DNA of 51,412 nucleotides from Nitrososphaeraceae archaeon (GTDB lineage: Archaea > Thermoproteota > Nitrososphaeria > Nitrososphaerales > Nitrososphaeraceae), in contig DATGZA010000031.1 of the NCBI GenBank assembly GCA_035297365.1, positions 1 to 51,412 on the forward strand. The letters run 5' to 3'. The notes below the pieces were generated by a model, which searched no databases, was not told the DNA's origin, and saw only the letters and a program-made list of their open reading frames with translations. The position numbers and the translations under genes are program-made. Within the stretch, counting starts at the first letter, position 1; each line of letters opens with the position of its first letter. Below, piece after piece: positions 21,538-33,332 of this stretch.

Positions 21538-22770
21538 TTATGTATGATCATAATTATCAATATTCTTAATTATAGATTCATCGTATTTATTATTTCTTAT
21601 CAATTTGGCCATATAGACTGAAGCCAGTATTGTTCTCACTATATCCTTTCCCAATACTTTTTCAACATTTTGTACTGATTTTTCCTCATAATTATTGACC
21701 TTTTTATAGTTCTTATCCAGGTTTTGATTCAATTGTTCATAATTATTTTGCGTATCTTCTGCATACCAGCCTCGACTCCATCCTACAAATGGAAATTTAC
21801 CAAATATAAACCCAAGTTGTGACCAGAAGGATAGCATTTCGCCCGCTACATGTTGAATATTATCCTGTCCCCCAGTAATTATAAAGGCTGCTACTTTATC
21901 CCTAACTAAGTAATTGTTATTCGTAATGGATTGATTCTGCACACAGTTCATTCGTTCTATCATTTTATAATATAAAGAACTGGCACTTCCCCATCTTATA
22001 GGAGTGGCAATGATGACTACATCCGACCATAATAATATTTTGCTATAGATTTCTATCATTTCGTCATTTTCATCGCTTTCAGATATAGAGCATGGAAAAA
22101 TGCATGCTTTTGCATCCGTTGAATAATATCCTTCGCAATGTCTAAATTCTAGGTCACGTAATTTGAGAAATATGGTTTCAGCATTTAGTTGATTTTTTGC
22201 ATATTGAATTGCAAAATAAAGTGCCTCATCTGAGGTACTTTTTCTATCGACTACTTTATCGTTTTTATTCGTTGTTGAAATCCCAAGTATTTTTAATTTA
22301 GAATATGACTGAGAAGAAGTAGAATGTCGATCTAACTTAGTTAACCTATCTTGAACAGAATGTGCCAATTGTAGGTATTTGGGATGAGGAACAAATGTAA
22401 TTTTGCCCCGTCTTTTGGGCACAGGATTTACATAAATTTTATTATCACTAATTTTTATATTGAAATTATCTACACTCGATCCTCCCTCATGAGAAGACAA
22501 CCCAGTTCGAATATCATATTTCCATCCATGCCAAGGACAAGTAATTATATGTCCATCCAATTTTCCCTTAACAAGTGGACCTCCCTTGTGAATGCATTTA
22601 CTAGAAATCGCATAAAAGTTGTCATTAAAATTGAATATTAAAATTTCTATTTTCTTTTTTTCATTAATACATAGTGAAAAAACTTTTGGTTCGCCTTCCT
22701 TTACATCAGAAGCAAGACATACAAATTGAAAGGAATCAATGTTTTTGCTGTCTTTGAGATTTTTTTTCAT
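21538..22770 (-). CDS. Rieske [2Fe-2S] ferredoxin fused to a flavodoxin-like FMN reductase / iron-sulfur flavoprotein domain
   Basis: CIHKGGPL...CPWHGW Rieske motifs; ILGISTT, HCEGYYS...CIFPC, IATPIRWG, ERMN, ITGGQD. Confidence 0.88.
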   Translation of the reverse strand: MKKNLKDSKNIDSFQFVCLASDVKEGEPKVFSLCINEKKKIEILIFNFNDNFYAISSKCIHKGGPLVKGKLDGHIITCPWHGWKYDIRTGLSSHEGGSSVDNFNIKISDNKIYVNPVPKRRGKITFVPHPKYLQLAHSVQDRLTKLDRHSTSSQSYSKLKILGISTTNKNDKVVDRKSTSDEALYFAIQYAKNQLNAETIFLKLRDLEFRHCEGYYSTDAKACIFPCSISESDENDEMIEIYSKILLWSDVVIIATPIRWGSASSLYYKMIERMNCVQNQSITNNNYLVRDKVAAFIITGGQDNIQHVAGEMLSFWSQLGFIFGKFPFVGWSRGWYAEDTQNNYEQLNQNLDKNYKKVNNYEEKSVQNVEKVLGKDIVRTILASVYMAKLIRNNKYDESIIKNIDNYDHT

Positions 22771-23275
22771 ATTTATATAAATGCATAAAAATATTTAGTT
22801 ATTTCATTTCATTTTGTCCGATGTTATTTTATAAAAAGAAAATGATTTGACCTGAGAAAGAGTCAAATAATATCGTCATGAGCAGACGGAATGTAAGTTT
22901 CGATGAATTAGATGTTTACCTATTCGTATACTGTTTTTTACCCAAAGATTTGGTAAATATAGGATACGTTTAAAGTAATATTCTTGATTTAATTAGATGA
23001 TAATAAAAATAAAAATAAATTTACAATTTAGATGCAACATGTATTAGATTGGGTCCGAAACTTATACCTTTGTATTGGATAGATTTAGTACAATTCAGAA
23101 ATACCTAACTGTAAATTACAGCTTTGTATAATTTCTATGTTATACATTCTTAAATTATTCTAAAGCTGATTTCAGATTCGTTTTTGTTTATATGCTTAAA
23201 TTTTAAATCTTCCATTTATAAATCATATTTGTTTATTTGTCCTGTTAAATGTAAACATTAAGATCTGACTAGAGA

Positions 23276-23617
23276 TTATTTCTCCGGATATTTATCTTTT
23301 ATCTCCCTAATGAATTCGTCAGCTTTTTCTTTGTCTAATTTTCGAATTATCCATTCTAGCATTTTATGATTTCGTTCTTCTTCCTCCTTCGATTGGGGAC
23401 TGCCGACAGACCATAAGATAGTTAATCCTCCTACTTGCCACATTAATTGAAGAAATTCTGACTGCCAATTTTCAAAAGTATCTCTCAGATTTTCCTGCCA
23501 ACTCTGGCCTGTGCTAAATCCATAGTACCAATGTCCTATGATAGATCCAGAGAATAGAATGAAAGTAACCCATAAATAACCATATTTTTTTACTATAGTA
23601 TTTTTTTTTGTTACCAC
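23276..23617 (-). CDS. DUF6766-like membrane protein
   Basis: TFENWQSEFLQ and GSPQSKE motifs, TM segments. Confidence 0.8.
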   Translation of the reverse strand: MVTKKNTIVKKYGYLWVTFILFSGSIIGHWYYGFSTGQSWQENLRDTFENWQSEFLQLMWQVGGLTILWSVGSPQSKEEEERNHKMLEWIIRKLDKEKADEFIREIKDKYPEK

Positions 23618-24064
23618 ATTATATAATAAGCATTATCATTATTATCGATTATAAAGCCACGATAGTTAAATAGTCTATTAAACAACTCTAATATAAATAT
23701 CGAATAGTCTTATCTCACATATTAGTTTGCTGGTTATTGGCTCCTTGAAATGAATCATTATGAGAATCTACTCTGGTATTTTTAATGAAATTCAGAAAAA
23801 TAGGTATTAAACCTATGATTACATCGAAATACTTACTACATCTCCTGTCTGGGCCCTCAAATCATTCTAAGTATACCGCTATGATGTTTTTAATTGATTT
23901 TTCACTTCAAAATAATTAGATATTTGGTTTATTATTATTTGAATCTTATCTCAATACAGAATTATCGTCTGATGGATAAAGTGGATATGCACAATTGGAT
24001 CATTTCAATACAGAAAACATCTTATAAACATTTTTAATATGTTATATTACATTTATTATTAGAC

Positions 24065-24370
24065 CTAATACACTAGGCCCGCTTCATAGGAAACTTCAGA
24101 GATATTGATATACTCCTTATCTTCTATTTTTTCTAATTTTTTAATTAAATCTTTATCATCGATTTTATTTTTTATAAATTTTAATACTTTATCTTTTTCG
24201 TCTGGAAATTCAAAATCCTTGAGAATTCGACCTAGAGTTTCTACTCTTTTATAATTTTGCAAACTTGATTGCTTTTTTAGATTTGGAATACTTTCTTTTT
24301 TTATAGTGTCCTTTATTTTAACATGTATTTCAGATTCAGGAATGTTTCCTGAATCGTGTTTTGTGTTCAT
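24065..24370 (-). CDS. DUF2795-like protein
   Basis: LKDFEFP..K..L.......L.KIEDKEY.NISEV. Confidence 0.7.
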   Translation of the reverse strand: MNTKHDSGNIPESEIHVKIKDTIKKESIPNLKKQSSLQNYKRVETLGRILKDFEFPDEKDKVLKFIKNKIDDKDLIKKLEKIEDKEYINISEVSYEAGLVY

Positions 24371-24578
24371 ATAATAATAAATACATAAAAATATATATGG
24401 ATTAAAATAACTCAGTAAAAATCTTTCATAAACAGAGCTAAACTTGGCAGATTATAGAAATGATTTTATTTACTTGTCTACCAAATACTAAAATTAATAG
24501 AAAAGTAAAGTAGAAATCATACTAATGTTTAGCTAGTAATAGTACAAAAAAATTGGGATTAAATTAAATTCAAAGCAT

Positions 24579-24869
24579 TCATTTTATTAATTTTCTTGTT
24601 TCATTCTGTATCAGTGAGACTACAGATTCCTCTATCCGCAGGATCTCTGAAATTTTTAAAGCATCGTTGTTTAATAAATACTCTATTGTAATCCCAGCTT
24701 GGAACAGCAAATCTTTTAACCCTCCTGCAATAGGGAGAAGATCAATTCTATGATCATGCAACGAGCAAAAAGTCTCCGCACTCCTAATATTTTTAGTAAA
24801 AGGTTGAAATTCTTGGTCGTTAAGAGAAAAAATGTCATTTAGACCATATCGCCGCTCTCTTACTACCAT
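24579..24869 (-). CDS. Hypothetical protein
   Basis: 96-aa ORF with TATATAAA about 29 nt upstream. Confidence 0.65.
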   Translation of the reverse strand: MVVRERRYGLNDIFSLNDQEFQPFTKNIRSAETFCSLHDHRIDLLPIAGGLKDLLFQAGITIEYLLNNDALKISEILRIEESVVSLIQNETRKLIK

Positions 24870-25310
24870 ATAATATAATAAACCTTATAATTTATATAGT
24901 TCAGTCCCCATGTATAAAAAAATAGTTTTTATAGATATAATGTTATATAAAAAAATTAAACGCTTCAAAAACTGGGCTAGAGTGTTTACATAGAGAATGC
25001 ATATTACAATAAATACGATGTTCTATTCCTTTTCAGATCAGATTAGAAATGTACTATTCATAGCTAAATGCTTTATTAAATCATTGACACGGAGATATAA
25101 ATGAGTTATTTTCGAGTTATCTCGTTTTGAACCAGCAGATGACTCCTACATCGATATATCGACTCAGTAAACAGTTTCTTTCCAGCAGATTTCGTTTCTT
25201 TGAATTAATTTATAATTTCATTTCTTGAAGTTTTATTTCAAACAGGTAAGTTAGTGTGATTTTATTATTGATACCCTTATAAGTAAGGTATTCAGAGAAA
25301 CCATAAATCG

Positions 25311-25703
25311 ATGTCGAATTCTATCCGGAAAATTATGATAGTTGATGATGATATTGACATTTTGACTTTATTTACTGAACTATTGACAATTGAAGGATAT
25401 CAAGTAGAGTCTTTTGACGATCCTCGATTAGCATTAAAGGAATTCGAAGAGAGAAACGATGAATATATGTTAATAATTTCGGATATCCGTATGCCTCATT
25501 TGTCAGGAATAGATCTAATCAAGCGATTTGCAGTCATTAATAATCAAATACCAGTCATCCTGATGACTGCTTTTGACATATCTGAAAAAGATATAGAGGA
25601 AATCAATTTACACGAATTTCTAACAAAACCCATAAATATGAAAAAATTAGTCACGATAGTAAAAAGATTTACCCATAATAAAGAGAGCAAAAAGGTTGAC
25701 TGA
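25311..25703 (+). CDS. Stand-alone response regulator receiver (CheY-like)
   Basis: IVDDD, phospho-acceptor SDIRMP..SG, MTA, TKP. Confidence 0.93.
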   Translation: MSNSIRKIMIVDDDIDILTLFTELLTIEGYQVESFDDPRLALKEFEERNDEYMLIISDIRMPHLSGIDLIKRFAVINNQIPVILMTAFDISEKDIEEINLHEFLTKPINMKKLVTIVKRFTHNKESKKVD

Positions 25704-25738
25704 TAAGTTGCAAGGGATGACAATATTCACAAAAGAAA

Positions 25739-26005
25739 TTATTTGTTAAAACTATCAATATCGTATTCGAGTTTCAGCAGCTTGTTTCTCAGGTAAGAAT
25801 CCACATTTTTGACGACGTTTGGATTTTGTTCTATATGTTTCTCCAGTCGTCTGTCAGAATATTTGATGTCTACATATTTTATAAATCCACTTCGTGTATT
25901 ATACATATATTCTAATGTTATAAACGCAGATAAGATTTCGTTATTATCTTTGAATGATAAAGCTACAACATCATAGAATCTGATTAAACCATTATTTTTC
26001 TCCAT
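25739..26005 (-). CDS. Hypothetical protein
   Basis: 88-aa ORF with protein-like composition. Confidence 0.6.
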   Translation of the reverse strand: MEKNNGLIRFYDVVALSFKDNNEILSAFITLEYMYNTRSGFIKYVDIKYSDRRLEKHIEQNPNVVKNVDSYLRNKLLKLEYDIDSFNK

Positions 26006-27027
26006 ATTGTTTCCCTCAACACCGATTCTAAAGTTGAATTTATATTTTTATTATTATCAATATCAAGGCCATTTTTTATAATTAATACAAATTTAGACCA
26101 TATCACAAAAGTCATTGTACTTAGTTATAAACATGTTTATATTTAACAATTATTGAATATTTTATATTTTTTTTAGACAATAAAAAAAATTACGACATAT
26201 TTATACTTTGGCATCATTCAACAAATCTAATTAGATTATTGCCTGCTTTATCCGATTCAAGTTGCATTTATATTGAAAAAAACTTAATTAATAAGATCTA
26301 AAAAAATGGCTTCACGTCGATTAAAAAATAATAATTAACCTAATAATCAGATTCTAGAGGTTAATCTAAATTTATCATTAAATTATATTCATTTCATATT
26401 TCCGTTTTTTTTTACAGTAAATCAATTATTCATTTTTTCTAAAACTACTAGTTTAAATGGCTAGAATAAAAGAATCTGATGAGCAGATCGAGTTTTCTAT
26501 TTTTCTAAATAGCGTTATTTTTTCTTATTTTTTATCTTTAATTTTATGATAAAATATGTAAAAACTAAGCTAATTGTTCTATTTGAAAAATTTATAATAT
26601 TCAAAATTTGAATAACTTTACAATAAGTAAATAATTTTAGTCCAAATTTGAAGACTTTGATACTTAGAGAGTGACATAAAATAAAGTTATTCAATAGGAA
26701 TAAGGAAATTAAAAATTTCGTATCAGTTAATTGGTAAATTTTGGAAAATAGGTGGCAGCTAGACCCTATTTTGTATATATTTTATATAATCAGTATAGAT
26801 TGAATATTTTATTATTGCTAACACATATTTCATGATATTTATGAAGACTTAAGCATTGTATATGGGGAGAATAAAATGTCTAAAATTATGTATCTTGTCA
26901 TTCTATAGTATTTTATATATTGAATAGGGTGGTTGATTTTTGAAAGATGTTTGAAATATCTACGATTTAATTAGATTTGCATTTTTTTACTTGATCAATT
27001 TAAAAAAGTAGTTTATAATAATATAAA

Positions 27028-27282
27028 CTACATCAAATGCGTCTTGTGTTTTCTATATTTATGAGTATCTTCTTCTTTTAGTTTAAACCATACTGTGTGT
27101 CCATCAAAACGATCGACCAAATTCTTAGGAATATAGAATTTATCTCTATCCAGTGTACCTTTTTCAGTTAGTATGTATTCTGGACCAACTTCCTGAACTT
27201 CTCCAAGGTCTGTGTCGTCTATTCCACGTGCTTCTTTTTTTATAATATCTTCTGGATTATATATCGGAGAATCTTGTGACAT
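27028..27282 (-). CDS. DUF2171/PRC-barrel-like small protein
   Basis: KKEARGIDDTDLGEVQEV...TEKG...KFYIPK.LVDRFDGHTVW; same repeat as in 10083-11641. Confidence 0.82.
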   Translation of the reverse strand: MSQDSPIYNPEDIIKKEARGIDDTDLGEVQEVGPEYILTEKGTLDRDKFYIPKNLVDRFDGHTVWFKLKEEDTHKYRKHKTHLM

Positions 27283-27733
27283 ATCTCTTTTAATACAAGA
27301 TTTTAATTAACTAATTTAAAAACATAATGATAATAGACCACTAATAATTACGAATTCCATCCTATCTACAAATAATGTTATATTTTTTTTATCAGCGAAA
27401 ATCAGAATTTTTGCACTAAATTAGTAGATTAGGATTCTCCCTAGCACCTTGGGCATTGTGCGGATTGGCGTATAGGACATCAAATATAACATTTAACAAA
27501 TAATATTTAGAAAAAATTATTCATGTGTTGATGAATTATATATAGATGTGCATATTATGATTTCACAATGGATCCCAAAAAATTCAGAGCAAGATCCTTG
27601 ATGTTAAGGATGAAAGAAATTATTAATTTTGAAAAGATGTATTTGCTTTAAAATTTTGTGTTTCCTTTAAAATATTGACTTTCAGCAAAAATAGAGAACC
27701 CAATTAGTGTAGATTAAAAAATAAGAGAGTGAA

Positions 27734-27910
27734 TTATTCATCTTTTATTGCTTTTTTTACTTTCTCAGCAAGATCATTAGGAATTTCAGAAAATCCATGA
27801 TCTTTATTTGCATGTTCCTTGATCTTTTCCATAATTTCTTCTTCCGAATCTGCGGTAGTTGTCCATTTACAATCAACACCCGCATCAGAACATCCGAACT
27901 TTTTTGTCAT
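27734..27910 (-). CDS. DUF1059 small metal-binding protein, 58 aa (not in the ORF track)
   Basis: MTKKFGCSDAGVDCKWTTTADSEEEIMEKIKEHANKDHG...KVKKAIKDE: C-x6-C...H-x4-H; TTAAATA promoter. Confidence 0.88.
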   Translation of the reverse strand: MTKKFGCSDAGVDCKWTTTADSEEEIMEKIKEHANKDHGFSEIPNDLAEKVKKAIKDE

Positions 27911-28092
27911 TATAATAAGAGGGGTTTTGCTCTATTTAAGATATTCCCAATACATCAAATTTTAAGCAATTTTTAAAACTTCAAAGGACTTAATTATAAA
28001 AGATAAATGATCATAATTTTAAAAATAATAATAAAAAAGTGAACTTTCCGATAAAAATTGAAAGGTTATCACTATAATTTGCTTTGCTTTAA

Positions 28093-28212
28093 TTATGAAT
28101 TGGGTGTAGGTTCTGGATCTGGCATTGGCTCAGGGTTAGGTTTTGGTTCTGGATTAGGTGCGGGATCGGGATCAACAACTTCTAATCTAATTAAATTCAT
28201 ATTCATCATCAT
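28093..28212 (-). CDS. 39-aa proline-repeat (XP)n microprotein (not in the ORF track)
   Basis: MMMNMNLIRLEVVDPDPAPNPEPKPNPEPMPDPEPTPNS; varied Pro codons; TATATAAA about 27 nt upstream. Confidence 0.65.
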   Translation of the reverse strand: MMMNMNLIRLEVVDPDPAPNPEPKPNPEPMPDPEPTPNS

Positions 28213-29593
28213 TAATAATAGAGCAACATATTTTATATACGCTTCACAACCCACAACCCAAAATCTATACCAAGTATGGGGACTAGTTACCTTTCTGAAT
28301 GTATTGTTCGAGTATCTCGAAACATATTATTTGATCAAATTTTTTATTTTTTACTTCTGCCCTGACCGTATAGCTCCGAGAAAATAATAAAATCTTATAA
28401 ATTGGTCTTTGCATCACCGAAAAAAAGTTGTATAGATATTTTATAAAAAAGTGGGGTATGTTTATTTATTTGATCTCAATTTCTATCGTTCTGCCGTCAT
28501 TCAATTCTTTGCAAGATGATAGAAATTGGAAGATTAACACTGCTGATTTTGCTGTTAAACCGATTATTACATCTAGGAAGAATAATTCCCATTACCTCTA
28601 GTACAAATTGTATTACATACCAAGGTATTAAGATTTGCTTAAAACTGGTTTGACTACAAGGTATAATTTTTCTAATAATATGCAATTTAAATGGCTATAC
28701 TATGCACACGAAAAATTAAAAAAATAATAAATATATCAATCTATAGTATAACATACCTCCAAATTATCAAGTCGAGATTTTAACCAAGTTACATAATAAT
28801 TGTAAATGTATAGTTCATTTTTGTTATCTTCATTTTCTTTTCTTAGTTTAACATCCCTAGTTCATGAATGAGATGAAAATGCTTAAAGATGAAAATTAAG
28901 AAGGATGTGTCTAAATTGAACTGGATTGGACGATTTTGCTCTTATCAAAACAACAAGATAAAAAGAATTCAGAATTTTTGATAGATGACAATCTTATTGA
29001 TTGAAATGAAGGTCAAGAGTTATTGCTTGTGGAGAACGACTAAAGAGAGGACTGAAATTTAAATTTACACCTGATAGACATTATCAAATTAAAGTGTTTA
29101 AATATTGCAAAGTCGTATTATATTATAACCACTGGATAATCATGTGTGGTAAATTTCTGAGCAATATCCTCCGACAATCTAACACGAAAAAATATGACGG
29201 TTCACCATAAACAGATATTTCGCTAACAAATTCAGTGGTGTTGGAGAGAAAATAAAGATCCAAACTGAAAAGAGAAATCGTGCCATTTGCGGCATGGTTG
29301 ACCTCTAATTCCTTACACAGACTGCTCTCCAACTGTAATGTTAAATCTATTATTGAGTAGATATTGATCTTGTGATTATTTTTGTTTCATATTTAGATTT
29401 ATAACCAATATGTCAAGTTGCTGTTGCTTTTGCTATGCTTTCTGACAACTTCCAGAAAACAACATATATGATATTGGAATAAAATTTATTATAAAACAAA
29501 CATATATTCGAAAACTGTTTTATACAACTAAAAATCAAAAACTTCACTTCTAATATTCAGCTAAGAATAAAAAAATAAAAAAATGATGATTGA

Positions 29594-30103
29594 TTATTTT
29601 GCTATGTTATCCAGATGTCCCATAACCACTCCATATCCTACGTCTTCTACCAAGTTATAGGCTCCCCTATAATCAAAGAGATTCTGAAGTATGAGCAATC
29701 CTGATTGTACTTCAATTACATCGTCAGAATTTGTATTTTTTAGTTCTGGAATCAATCCAACAAAGATCGTTTGTGCAGTTTTCAGGTGGTCTCTAGCAAC
29801 CTGATATTCCTTCTGATCAACTAATTTTCCTTCACCTACTCCCTTTACCTTTTCTATCAGTGTGAGGTTAACTGCTACAGGAGTATGTTCACTCTCAACG
29901 TACTGAGCTCCTATAGCCTTGGCATAGGATTGTAGTGCTTGATCAACGTGTGTTGATACTTCCTGAACTGACTTCTTGACATCATCCTGTCCATATACAT
30001 TCTGAGTTGATATAGTAGAGCAACCAGAAATAATAGCTACTGATAAGGATAGGACCAACAAGCTAGGAAAAATTAATTTCCTTTGTATAGTTATTCGCTT
30101 CAT
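29594..30103 (-). CDS. Secreted (possibly lipid-anchored) helical hypothetical protein
   Basis: Basic N-terminus, hydrophobic h-region, ISGC. Confidence 0.75.
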   Translation of the reverse strand: MKRITIQRKLIFPSLLVLSLSVAIISGCSTISTQNVYGQDDVKKSVQEVSTHVDQALQSYAKAIGAQYVESEHTPVAVNLTLIEKVKGVGEGKLVDQKEYQVARDHLKTAQTIFVGLIPELKNTNSDDVIEVQSGLLILQNLFDYRGAYNLVEDVGYGVVMGHLDNIAK

Positions 30104-30595
30104 TGTGAGTAAGTTTAATACATGATATGATAAAATATGTTAGAGTACTATGAATTGCACTGCAATAAATGTTAGTATATTTCAGATATTTGTTTATTCT
30201 TGTGAAAATTGCAAGTAAAATATGAAATAGGCAGATTATAATATTTAAAATGAAAACCATTTTTCAGTATTGGAATTGTTTTCTATTTGTATTTCGGCAT
30301 CCGCCAAACAGTTCAATATCAAGAATTGTTCGGTCATATTATACGATGTTTCTTGATTTATATGATAAAAAAGAATTTACTGACTATTATCTTTCCGATA
30401 CAAAAGATGGTCTTTTCAGTAACATCATTTATCATTTTTTCAGAAGGTCAAAACTTAATACACTACACTTAAGTCGACCTAATTCTAATTAAAGATATTT
30501 GGGAATTTTTTCTGTTTGAATCATTTTTTTAAATGATAAATAAAAATAAAATGAAAATAAATAAAAAATAAATAGTATTTACATCAGAAAAAAAA

Positions 30596-31009
30596 TTATG
30601 ATTTTTTAGGAAATACTTCTCTCCTCAGAAGATTTTTTTCTATTGATAAGGAACCAGGTCCCATCAAGATCAAGCTTATCATTATTGCAAGATACAATAG
30701 ATCTAACTCGAATCCACCTATAAAGCCCTTAGATAATTTTACTGTAAAAATAGCGCCTATGATTTCTATTGTCAGTAAAATGGCAGAAATCCTTGTTAAT
30801 ACTCCTAAGAGAATTGCTAGTCCGCCTATAAACTCTAAAAGTCCTATTACAATTGCCAATTCTGGTGGTAATCCCATATTTATAAAAGAATTTTGACTGT
30901 TGGCAATATCAACAAGTTTAGGAAGGCCATGAGCTATAAATCCAGCTCCAGCGATTATCCGTAATGATAAAGGTGCAAAGTCTATTAATTTCTGTTGATT
31001 CAAGGCCAT
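30596..31009 (-). CDS. DoxX-family membrane protein
   Basis: LRIIAG..FIAHG.PKL, EFIGGLAILLG..TR, GGFE, GPGSLSIE. Confidence 0.92.
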   Translation of the reverse strand: MALNQQKLIDFAPLSLRIIAGAGFIAHGLPKLVDIANSQNSFINMGLPPELAIVIGLLEFIGGLAILLGVLTRISAILLTIEIIGAIFTVKLSKGFIGGFELDLLYLAIMISLILMGPGSLSIEKNLLRREVFPKKS

Positions 31010-31435
31010 TAGTAAGAATCTTCTTAATATTTATTTTTTGTTTATTTGGAGTTTTATGTTTCTTATCCTATTATAAATATTCATTGCTTTCAACAGTTTC
31101 CATGTTATTAATCTTATGATTTTAGAACCTTCTATGTTAAATTTCGAAATATAGAGTAATAATATTTTTAAATATAATTCAGACCAAGATAACATTTAAT
31201 CCAGTATTGCCATCAAGTAGATATTTTATTCAAACGAATTTCAATATTTAAAAGCAATCTAATAATTGTACAATTTTGATTGAAATCAGATATAATAAAA
31301 TAACATTGGTTTTTGCAATTTTTATTTCCTCTCAAATTTAATGAAAATTTAAACTATTAATTGAGTATTTTACCATATCATAATAGAGAAACAAAATAAG
31401 CAACATTATTATTTGATAATATTATTCGATAAAAT

Positions 31436-31963
31436 GTGCACTTACAAAAAAAGTATATTTACATAACCATGCTTTGTTTTTCTTTGATTATTGGTATTGC
31501 CCATTATTCTTCTATCGATGCTGAAACATCAGAGAATGCGATTAAGAATGGCACGATAACAAAGATAAAAAATACCGATCCCTTCTATATAGCAACAAGC
31601 GGGGAATGTACAAGTTCCAAACAAGTTAAATCTTTCCCTTATGTAGTTGTAGAAGATAAATGTACTGAAAATGCAACAATAAAGAATATCGGTAAAGTAA
31701 TAAACAATGTTACATTTTTAAACACAGTAATTGATAATAATACTATTATTGGACAAGGCAACGGAAAGATAGTTTCTGAAGATGGTCAAATGATAGGATG
31801 GGAGTCTTATGATGTAAATCCTGTCGTCGCGGTACATCCTGGGTACAGAGGTATCATATATTTTAATTCTACAATAGATGAAAAATTTTCCTTCCTGAAT
31901 AATACCATTGGCATTTATAGAAGTGATGCGGATACAGTCAGATCTATATGGCTCTTGGAATAA
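31436..31963 (+). CDS. Secreted beta-rich hypothetical protein
   Basis: Signal peptide; GQGNG.I.SEDG...W, G.LSFLNN.IG.Y-type motifs. Confidence 0.75.
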   Translation: MHLQKKYIYITMLCFSLIIGIAHYSSIDAETSENAIKNGTITKIKNTDPFYIATSGECTSSKQVKSFPYVVVEDKCTENATIKNIGKVINNVTFLNTVIDNNTIIGQGNGKIVSEDGQMIGWESYDVNPVVAVHPGYRGIIYFNSTIDEKFSFLNNTIGIYRSDADTVRSIWLLE

Positions 31964-32661
31964 CCTAATTATTTCATTATTATTAATTTTAATAAAAATT
32001 CTTCCTCTATTCTAGAAAAATTGAATTAAAATGAGAATTGATAAGAAAATGAAGAAAGTATTACAAATAGAAAACCAATTATTTTTACAGTTATTACATT
32101 TCATCACCGGATAAAAGTAAGTTAAGAGGAAAGTGTCTGCAAAATGAGGCCGTAGATCATCTAACTCTTTTTATTATTTAATTAAGAGGATAATGTAATC
32201 CTTGCTATTTTGTAACACGGATAACCTTCATTTTTGCATAAATAGATCTTAAATATAAGAACATTATAAGAAGGATTATTTTAAAAAGATGATATAATGA
32301 GTTTCTTTATAATCTAAATTTATATGCTAAATTTAAAGCATATTATGTGTAATACATCTTATTTCATAAAAAAAATTTAGAAATAAAAAAACCAAGGTAT
32401 TATGTAAATCATTTTGAGTATTATATTTCTGATAAATTTCAGTAACAGTTCCTAAGATAAAATATTTATGAAAATGATCTTTAATTTGAGGATCTGGGAT
32501 TATTTACCGAGTATATGTTTTAACACACCAGTCTTTTTCCTACACAAATAAAATTTAGATCATTATCTTTAACAGTTCTGCATATTATCTATTTTTTGGT
32601 ACAAATAATGGATTATGTTTCAATTAGATTTCAGTAAAATTATCCAATTTGCAGATTATTA

Positions 32662-32937
32662 TCAACCATTGTTTGATCTTTTATGGAATTTGAACCATTT
32701 GTTTAGATCTCCAAGATCATCCTTTATCAAACCAATTCCCAGACCAGTTATTAAAGAAATTATTGATGGAGATATTTTTCCCATCGTTAAAATTCCTAGT
32801 AACAAAATTCCTATCTCTCCATGATGCAATCGTCTATCAAAAATATAGATCTCTGATGAATGATTTTTCTTCCAGTAATATGTAATAATTTCAGAGATAG
32901 CGAAACCAGCAATTCCTGAAATTATTAAAGGTATCAT
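32662..32937 (-). CDS. Small membrane hypothetical protein (RLHHG motif)
   Basis: TM segments, RLHHGEIG, G.GLI.DD; TTTTAAAT promoter. Confidence 0.65.
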   Translation of the reverse strand: MIPLIISGIAGFAISEIITYYWKKNHSSEIYIFDRRLHHGEIGILLLGILTMGKISPSIISLITGLGIGLIKDDLGDLNKWFKFHKRSNNG

Positions 32938-33332
32938 CCCTAAAAATAAGAAGAACCAGATTTAAAAATTTATAGATAAAATAGCGTTTATTAAATAATC
33001 AATATACGAAGATCGAAATCATATGAAAATCGACCATAAATAAACCAAGATTTCCTTGCTAAATTTTTTTTTTAAAGAGTTCATAGATAATTAAGTATAA
33101 ATTGAATGCTAACTGGTTTTCAAATTTTTTTCATACGCCATTCTTTCAATAGTATCTAGGGATGAAAAATTTTTCACAAAGTTCAATTAAATCTTTTTTA
33201 TGGATATTGAATAAAAGAGAATATACCATCTTTTTAAATACAGGAATAAAATATTTTATTATCATTCTTTAATATATTAATAGTGAAAGAAAAGGTAGAC
33301 GCTTTGGCATCGACCGTTCTATCATTAAATGA

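Noticed and set aside
27420-27480. GC-rich patch that might be an ncRNA
   Set aside because: No convincing stems; reads as a CPRC-containing coding remnant with stops on the minus strand
28058-28387. 109-aa Gly/Ser-repeat ORF on the + strand
   Set aside because: Antisense shadow of the minus-strand XP-repeat microprotein, which has the promoter and a clean start and stop
29123-29460. 69-aa ORF and upstream fragments
   Set aside because: Looks like a heavily decayed secreted-protein remnant; family cannot be supported
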